A DNA stretch of 64,000 bases, from positions 160,001-224,000 of the forward strand of contig CM000434.1 of assembly GCA_000165345.1 (NCBI GenBank), read 5' to 3'. The position numbers and the translations under genes are program-made. The stretch's first letter is position 1, and each line of letters opens with the position of its first letter. Shown one piece after another: positions 56,960-64,000 of this stretch. The notes under the pieces were generated by a model that saw only the letters and a program-made list of their open reading frames with translations, did not search any database and was not told where the DNA came from.

Positions 56960-58186
56960 ATGGGTCAAGCCTGTTGTAATAAGAGTTTAATGGCATATTG
57001 CCTGAGCTACTTAGTTTTAGCTCTTGCAATTCTTATCACAAACTTTAAGCCTCTTCCAATTATAGTTCAGATGTTAATGTACACGTCATCAATTATTTAT
57101 ATTGGATCTTATTTATCTCTTTCTCAAACAATTATTGATCCTAAAACGGGAGAGAAGGATCGAAGCACAGAGTCGCTTTCCAGGAAAGATGCAATGATGT
57201 TCCCAGTCATTGGTTCTGTTGCCTTGTTTTCACTATATTTGGCATATAAATTTCTCCCTGTTTACTGGGTAAATTTGCTCTTGACTTCATACTTATTCAT
57301 AATTGGTGCAGTTGCACTAATGGAGACCATTTTACAGTTCATATCAATTGTAATTTATAAATGTGATGATATTTGTAAAGATACTAAATTGATAATTGTT
57401 GACACTCATTTTAACTTCTTTGGATACTTTGAGAATCCAGATGATCCAAGAGGCCACGAAATTAAGATAACTATTCATCATTTGTGGTCACTTGCACTTA
57501 GTTTGGCCCTTGGAATCATTTGGATAATAACAGATTCGTGGATTATTCACAATCTCTTTGCAATTGCTTTCTGTATCCAAGCAATCTCTCTCATTTCCAT
57601 TGGAAGTTTCAAAATTGGAGCTATTTTATTGTGTGGATTATTTGTTTATGATATATTTTGGGTATTTGGAACAGACGTTATGGTAACAGTTGCAAAATCT
57701 TTCCAAGGACCAGCTAAACTCATCTTTCCTGTTTCATTTGATCCATGGAAACAAAGTATATTGGGTCTCGGAGATATTGTAATTCCTGGACTTTTCATAT
57801 CTCTATGTTTGAGATTTGATCTCAAAGATTACACAAAGAAACATAATCAGAGTCTTTACCATTTGATTTCCAGCTCCCTACAAACCCCCACATTTTGCAC
57901 AGTTTTAGTCTCATATCTACTTGGACTCATTACAACCGCCTGTGTTATGTTATACTTTAAAGCAGCTCAACCTGCATTACTTTACTTGGTTCCATTCTGT
58001 CTTATTAGTATGGTCTTGTCTGTAGTGTATAGAAACAAGTCTTCTGATGCTTGGAATTATTCTGAGGAAGCTGACTCTGATGAAAGAATTAACGACTCCA
58101 AAGAGAGCTCCGAGGAGGATAAGTCACAGAGTAAAACTTCAACTAGAAAAAAATCAGATGTATTAAAACAAAAAAAGGATGATTGA
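56960..58186 (+). CDS. SPP: Signal peptide peptidase (SPP, presenilin-like aspartic intramembrane protease, family A22)
   Basis: All three signature motifs are present in TM helices: LFVYDIFWVFGTDVMVTVAK (YD), GLGDIVIPGLF (GxGD) and QPALLYLVPFCL (PAL). About 9 TM segments and a Lys-rich C-terminus. The N-terminus is MGQACC. Confidence 0.85.
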   Translation: MGQACCNKSLMAYCLSYLVLALAILITNFKPLPIIVQMLMYTSSIIYIGSYLSLSQTIIDPKTGEKDRSTESLSRKDAMMFPVIGSVALFSLYLAYKFLPVYWVNLLLTSYLFIIGAVALMETILQFISIVIYKCDDICKDTKLIIVDTHFNFFGYFENPDDPRGHEIKITIHHLWSLALSLALGIIWIITDSWIIHNLFAIAFCIQAISLISIGSFKIGAILLCGLFVYDIFWVFGTDVMVTVAKSFQGPAKLIFPVSFDPWKQSILGLGDIVIPGLFISLCLRFDLKDYTKKHNQSLYHLISSSLQTPTFCTVLVSYLLGLITTACVMLYFKAAQPALLYLVPFCLISMVLSVVYRNKSSDAWNYSEEADSDERINDSKESSEEDKSQSKTSTRKKSDVLKQKKDD

Positions 58187-58331
58187 TTCTAACTTCATTT
58201 TTTTTTTTTCCTCCCTAATTTCAAGAAATATCCACAAATTCAATCTAATAATTAGACTAGGGAAGAGGAGGAAATGAAAGATTATATACTCTTATACTTA
58301 TTAATAGTTATTATTTGATCCTTATCCAATN

Positions 58332-58363
<32 letters not shown>

Positions 58364-58623
58364 ATGTGGATGCATTTTTCTTATTTAAAAAAAAATTACG
58401 TGTTATACCGGTATATAAAAAATTTTGTTAAGGGGGAAAAAGTCGAGTAGAAAAAAAAAAATTTATGAATTAAAAAACAAATTGTTAGAGAAGAGAAAGT
58501 AGTTGAAAGTGTTTTGTCAAAGTTAAGTTTCAAAAAATAAGGACAATTCTGTTTGAAATAATTAAATTGATTTAAGAAAAGGTTTTGTAAATTAAAAATA
58601 AACCTTAAAAAGAAAAAAGAATA

Positions 58624-60183
58624 ATGAAGCTTTACTCTGTATTGGCATCATTAAGTTTATTATTGCTTAATTTCACAATTCAAGCTGAAAGCCAAGACTA
58701 CCCAAAAAATGAAAATCTTATCAACTTGAAAGAATATGAATTCAAAGAAAAAGTATTAGACGATACGACAGATCAAATATGGTTTGTTAAATTCTATGCC
58801 CCTTGGTGTGGGCATTGTAGGCATTTATATCCAGAAATATTAAAAGTTTCTGAACATTATAAAGGGAACGAAAAAGTAAAAATAGCTAAAGTTGATTGTA
58901 GTGTGGAAACAAAACTATGTAAAGAACAAAACGTTGTTAGTTATCCGACAATGAGAATTTTTTCAAAAGGAAATTTAATCAAACAATATAAACGTCCAAA
59001 AAGAACTCACACAGATATTATTAAATTCATTGAGAAAGGAATTCAGCCTGACATAATCAAGATTCAATCATATGATCAAATTAATGAACTTAGCTCAGAC
59101 TTATCAGCATATCCAATTCTACTGATAATGTTTAATTCAGAGACTGAAATTAACCAAAATTTAGAATTTCTTGAAGAAATTGTTAAAAAGAATGATTTTG
59201 AAGTAACAATAGCAGTAACTTATGCAAAAAGTGTTAAAAGCCGTGTTCTAGAAAATACAAAAGATCACAAATTTAGTAACACTGACTTGTGCTTAACATC
59301 CCCATGTATTACTATGATTGGAAAAGATAACTTCTCACCATCAATACTATTAGTTAAAGAAACTGAATTTACTCTCAACTTTATGCAACAATACAGATTT
59401 CCATTCTTAAATGCACCATCTAGAATGGAATTCATTGAATACCTTAATAGTGGAAATCTTGTAGTTATTATGGGAATCAAAGAAAATGTTCAAATTAATC
59501 ATGAAATTAGTGGTGATTTTATTACTGATTTCGGTAAAGTTGCTGAAAAGGTTAGAAGAGAAATGTTCCTACCTATAAAGTTTTCAGAATCAGAAACTCC
59601 TAGAGGAATTTTGTTTGCAATCGTTGATTTTGTATCTTACTCATCACTTTTTAGAGAATTTGGAATCACTAACTTCAACTTTATACAAGGATATGAAATT
59701 GTGGTTTCTGATGGACTGAAGTATTATTACAACCGTCCAGATATGATGAAAATCCCTGTTTTATTTGAAACTATAAAATTAATTTCCAATCAAGATTCAA
59801 AAGTTCCTAAGCTAAAAGCATACTCTATATTTAATCTAAATACTATTAGGAGGTTTTTTTATGACCTTAATGTAATTATCAGCGATATCTTTTATAAATC
59901 ATGGATTCATGCAATTGCTGTCACAGTCATTGCATTCCTGATTGTGGCTGGGCTCACAGTATTCTGTTGCCTTATTTTCTTTGGTGACCTCGCAGATTCA
60001 TATTTATTACATGATGATATGGCTACTATTGAAATGCAAAATATGGCGCCAAGTTCAGAAAAAAAAGTAATTAATAATAAAGACGAAAAATCAGATAATG
60101 AACTGGAGAATAGTTCTTTAAGTGATACAGTACGTTTTTCTGACGAAGAGCCTGAATTGGAGGAACCTAGAAAGGAAAGGTAG
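58624..60183 (+). CDS. Thioredoxin-domain (PDI-like) single-pass membrane protein (TMX-like)
   Basis: Signal peptide MKLYSVLASLSLLLLNFTIQA. Thioredoxin active site FYAPWCGHCRHLYPE with the downstream VSYPTMRIF. C-terminal TM IAVTVIAFLIVAGLTVFCCLIFF and an acidic cytoplasmic tail. Confidence 0.7.
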   Translation: MKLYSVLASLSLLLLNFTIQAESQDYPKNENLINLKEYEFKEKVLDDTTDQIWFVKFYAPWCGHCRHLYPEILKVSEHYKGNEKVKIAKVDCSVETKLCKEQNVVSYPTMRIFSKGNLIKQYKRPKRTHTDIIKFIEKGIQPDIIKIQSYDQINELSSDLSAYPILLIMFNSETEINQNLEFLEEIVKKNDFEVTIAVTYAKSVKSRVLENTKDHKFSNTDLCLTSPCITMIGKDNFSPSILLVKETEFTLNFMQQYRFPFLNAPSRMEFIEYLNSGNLVVIMGIKENVQINHEISGDFITDFGKVAEKVRREMFLPIKFSESETPRGILFAIVDFVSYSSLFREFGITNFNFIQGYEIVVSDGLKYYYNRPDMMKIPVLFETIKLISNQDSKVPKLKAYSIFNLNTIRRFFYDLNVIISDIFYKSWIHAIAVTVIAFLIVAGLTVFCCLIFFGDLADSYLLHDDMATIEMQNMAPSSEKKVINNKDEKSDNELENSSLSDTVRFSDEEPELEEPRKER

Positions 60184-60377
60184 GTAGAGCAAAGCTTTTC
60201 AAGTTCATTTTCTTTAATGGTAAAATAAAATATATATTTTCATAAATGGTTGTAAAATACACGTAATTTTCTCTAAAAAGTGTTTAATACCTTTATTTAC
60301 TTAATTTCGCAAGAATTTACCGAAAATTAAGTACTTTTAAAAGTATAATTACTGTATTTCATAATAAATCATTTAAA

Positions 60378-61157
60378 ATGGGCAAAAGAAGACAGAAACA
60401 ATCATTAAATGACTTAGATATAGCCCAAAAGTTGGCTTTACCTGTGGATGAAGTTACTGAAGACCCTGAATACCAAGAAGCCATGAATTACTTAAAAAGT
60501 GTACGGGAGGAAGCAAAGTTAATAACAGCATGTAAGGTCTATACAAATGAATTAGAGAGTGATAAAGAAGAAACTTTGACTACAAAAGTCAAAGATACAA
60601 AGAATAATATTACAGACAATCAGAATCCTCAGTGCAACTGTAATTATGGTGACTTTGAATATTTAACAAACTACCATATTTCAGAGAATCTATCAATAAT
60701 CAGAAAAGACCCTGCTTATGATAAATGTAAATCTGAAATCATTGAATATATACTTTCACAAAAAGAAAAAGTCTCAACATTGACGGAAGCTTTACAAACT
60801 GAAGAGATTATTTCTGTTTCAAACTGGGAAGAAATCATTCAGTCGGCCCAAATTCCATGTATTACTATAGGTAAATGGAATTCATACAATTGGTCCAACT
60901 TATTAGAATATTTTGCTAATCAATTTGATGAAAGTACACTGGACTCCTTCTTATTGGATACTAATAAAATTCAATGGGTTATTCTTGCTCTCATTTCTGT
61001 TCATACTATTGACTCATATAATCCGCATGTTTCATTTTGCATGCAAAGAATTAAAAGGTATTTGGAATCGAATGATTTCTCGCACTTAAGTAAGGACGAC
61101 CATTTTCGTATTGAAACCATTATTATTATTATTAAATACATCTATAATCAATTTTAA
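60378..61157 (+). CDS. Gemin2 (SMN-interacting protein 1)-like protein, tentative
   Basis: The N-terminal LALPVDEVTEDPEYQEAMNYLKSVREEAKLITAC parallels the Gemin2 segment LPVE...PQEYLRRVQIEAAQCP. Later blocks (LLEYFANQFDESTLDSFL, WVILALISV) parallel Gemin2 LEYLSNWFGERDFT / WLYALLACL. Recall-based alignment only. Confidence 0.4.
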   Translation: MGKRRQKQSLNDLDIAQKLALPVDEVTEDPEYQEAMNYLKSVREEAKLITACKVYTNELESDKEETLTTKVKDTKNNITDNQNPQCNCNYGDFEYLTNYHISENLSIIRKDPAYDKCKSEIIEYILSQKEKVSTLTEALQTEEIISVSNWEEIIQSAQIPCITIGKWNSYNWSNLLEYFANQFDESTLDSFLLDTNKIQWVILALISVHTIDSYNPHVSFCMQRIKRYLESNDFSHLSKDDHFRIETIIIIIKYIYNQF

Positions 61158-61797
61158 TAGCCTTATTTATATACTAATTATTTACTTTTCGTTTATTTGA
61201 AACTTTCTCCATGTGTTATAAAGAATTGAGATTAATACTAAATATAAAAATCATAGTGTAAGTAAAAAGTAATACATGAATTCAAATTAGTTAATGAAAT
61301 CAACTAAAATACAACAAACTTTAATTAGAGTGTTTTTTTTTCTTAAAATATATATATAAATGTGATCATAATATATTAGTTAACCATTTGAATTAAATCA
61401 TTTAATACTTAATTTATCATAAATTTGTTATAGGTATTTGATAATTTGATTCCTAAATTAATACGAGTACAAAATTGGAGGAGTAAAAAATTAGAAAATA
61501 TCTACAAATAATATTATGCTCTTTTTAAATTGTTTACTCATTTGGATTTTTCTTTTTTATTATTAAATTACAAATTATATTTTATTTATATATTTATAAA
61601 ACAACATTTGGCGCCACTTCACAATTGAAAATTAACTTTACGAGAAATTACTTTTGTATTAATTTGAAGAAGATAAGTAAGTCAAATCGAAATAAAAATT
61701 ATTGGGATTGTTTACAATAGCTACCAATTCCCTTAGAAGTAAAACTAGCACTAAATCTAGGGAAATTACTTGAAAGAATTGGAATTATTAATAAGCA

Positions 61798-62691
61798 ATG
61801 GATAAAATTTGGAATGTGGTCAAATCACGTCTAGAAAAAGGGGATTCCTATGATGCTTATCAACTACTGATTAGCAGATTATCTCGATTTAACCCAAAAG
61901 ATTCTGTGGAGTTTGGGTTAGAAAAAGCAAAATATTTTGATGAGTATGGGTTTAATGAAATAGCTTGCCATGTATGTAGCAGTATGATCAAGAAAGCTAG
62001 AGAAGAAAAACTAAAGATTACAAATAGCCAATTTAACTCTGTAATGTATATATTAAGCTCAGGTAGATTTTGTAATGAGAAGGGGAAATTGCTTAATGAT
62101 ACTCTTCTATGGTGTAAAGATCATGAAAATGAAAATACTGATTATATATATAAATTACATGTATGGGCTTCCAATTATTATTTTGTTCATCAAAATTTTT
62201 CCAAAGCTCAACTTTATGTGATTTTAACTGAAAATCCTGAACTTTTTGCCAACATTCTTATTGAATGGAGCAAGAAAGGTTATAAATCAGAAAAAGATAT
62301 ATTTCTACTTAGAGCTGTGCTTGTATTACTTTCCTTAAATAAAACACAATTTGCCCATGATCTACTTGATAAATACTGTCAATTATTAAATGAAAGCAAT
62401 GATACTTCTTTATCTCTCTCCTCATCCTGTAATTCTAATATTGACTCTAACATACCGTCTGCTCCAATACAAATGGCATTCTTCATCATTTCAGCTTGCG
62501 AGCTTTCAGATAAAAAAACCGCCATGCATTTTTTTGACATAATAAAAAATAAGTATGCCCTTTTAATTAGGCGGGATTCCAGTTTTTCAAGAATTATTGA
62601 CAAAATTGACCAAATATATTTTAATAGGCAAAAAAATGCTTCATTTAACATGTTATCAAACCTTCTTTCAATGTTCAATACTAATGAATAA
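61798..62691 (+). CDS. GET4: GET4/TRC35 (Golgi-to-ER traffic protein 4) homologue
   Basis: [25 protein letters not shown] parallels GET4 [66 protein letters not shown] parallels LLVEWAGKGYPSEADLFLARAVLQFLCLRNLRDANRLVRAF. Alpha-helical TPR-like repeats run throughout. Confidence 0.7.
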   Translation: [297 protein letters not shown]

Positions 62692-64000
62692 TAGTTTGTG
62701 AAAACTGGTTATTTTGCTTACTGATTTTCCAATCAAAATTTATTTATATCTTTATCACTAGAATACATATTATCTTTAGACGAGGCAAGTTTTTGTATTA
62801 TAAATTTTTATTTATTATTAATTATCACTTCCCCACACATATGTAATTTGGTATATAATAGTCACAATTTTCATGTTCTTTATTCTATTGCAATACTTGC
62901 AATTAGAGTAGAAATAAGGAAAAGGAAGGGAAAAAAAAAAAAAGAAATTATTTATCTACCTTATAATCTTTAGTTAAGCAAATAGCCAAAAACGTTCTAT
63001 TGAATTAAAAGATAAATTCAGAAAAGAAAGACCATTTCTAATCACAACCAAGGAAAAGGGTATCATAAGCAGAACTGGCTTATTAGGTCTTGTTTTCATC
63101 ATAATAAATCCTCAATTCAGTTTATAACTATAAAAATAACATCTAATAATACTTTTATTTTTAAATTATATAGTAAAATAGATCATTTGAAACTTTATGT
63201 TATCAAATATTACTGGAGAAAAAAAGATACGTAATAATGGCTCCAGTTTTAATTAAGTAGACTTTGTGGCTTAATTTGCATTACAATCCCCTTAAAATGT
63301 ATATATATATCATTACCATTAAGCATTAAAAACTATAATCTTTATAAAAAACTATGTTTGATTAAATAAAGGTAATAGATGGTGGGACATAAAAATGAAA
63401 AGATCATTGTTCAGTAATAAAGAAATATCATCATCTTATTGGTAAGAGCCCAATGCTTGAAATTCAAGCAACATCATCACAAAAAATCTATTGTCATTCC
63501 AAATCCTACATTTTATTACCTTTATTTATTCCTCCATTACATCTACTAATGATTTTCTTCTAAATCAACCACCACTATTGATAATTCATTCATTAAGCCT
63601 ATTGCTCATTACACATTATTTTAATGGCATTAGCTCGTCTCAGGATTATTAATCAACTGACTTCTCTGTCAAATCCTGTTTCTGAAAATAAACTCATATA
63701 TCTCCAATATAATTATATATATATTTCAAAAAAAAAAGTCGACTATTTGTTTCTCTTATAAATTCTAAAAAATTCTTCATTACCTTTATTCAACTGCAAA
63801 TATATATATTACTTCTCTAGATGCTCAACATTCTCAAACTAGTATTTCTATTGTTCCTCATCTTTCTCTAATCAAACAACAAATAATAAATATCCAATAT
63901 TCAAATAATATCGCCAAATCTGCTCTTTTCTACATCTTCAAAAAAACATTTAAAAAAATGACAAATAATTTATTAAATGTCAGCCAAGGAAACTGCATTA

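Noticed and set aside
56960-56980. N-terminal MGQACC of signal peptide peptidase as an N-myristoylation / palmitoylation signal
   Set aside because: The motif matches MG..CC formally. It is immediately followed by the first TM helix of a polytopic ER protease whose N-terminus is normally lumenal, so a lipidation claim is not supportable from sequence alone.

Overview
This 64 kb window is AT-rich (~70% AT), gene-dense eukaryotic nuclear DNA, not prokaryotic. It has very long intron-poor ORFs in the standard genetic code, Asn/Ser/Thr homopolymer low-complexity inserts, and short intergenic spacers carrying GC-rich motif islands. The gene content and motif vocabulary suggest a Cryptosporidium-like apicomplexan; this is inference, not a database hit. 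Supporting gene content is a set of TSP1-EGF-TM adhesin-type proteins, a poly-Thr mucin and a rhomboid protease. The recurring intergenic motifs are TGGCGCCAA, TTTCCCGCC/GGCGGGAAA (E2F-type), GCATGC and the palindrome TATACCGGTATA. N runs and a poly-T tract mark it as a draft assembly. About 22 protein-coding genes are supported. Confidently recognisable products are ribonucleotide reductase R2, signal peptide peptidase, SDS22/PP1 regulatory subunit 7, a P5A-type ATPase, a rhomboid protease, GET4, a thioredoxin-domain membrane protein and the 3' end of a pepsin-like aspartic protease. Tentative calls are a condensin subunit 1-like HEAT protein, Gemin2, a bZIP factor and an FHA+BRCT protein. 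The most interesting items are six. A type I membrane protein fuses a clostripain-like C11 cysteine peptidase domain to EGF/cbEGF repeats. Canonical R2 sits head-to-head with an iron-ligand-deficient R2-like paralogue over a spacer with E2F-type sites. The P5A ATPase has an in-frame TAA. Two paralogous 3xTSP1-EGF-TM adhesin genes are arranged head-to-head, and their gene models need introns that fuse or extend the ORF-track pieces; a (TC)34 microsatellite is intronic. A rhomboid protease lies next to these single-pass substrates. Palindromic and E2F-like promoter motifs recur upstream of many genes. No tRNA, rRNA, transposon or CRISPR signature was found.
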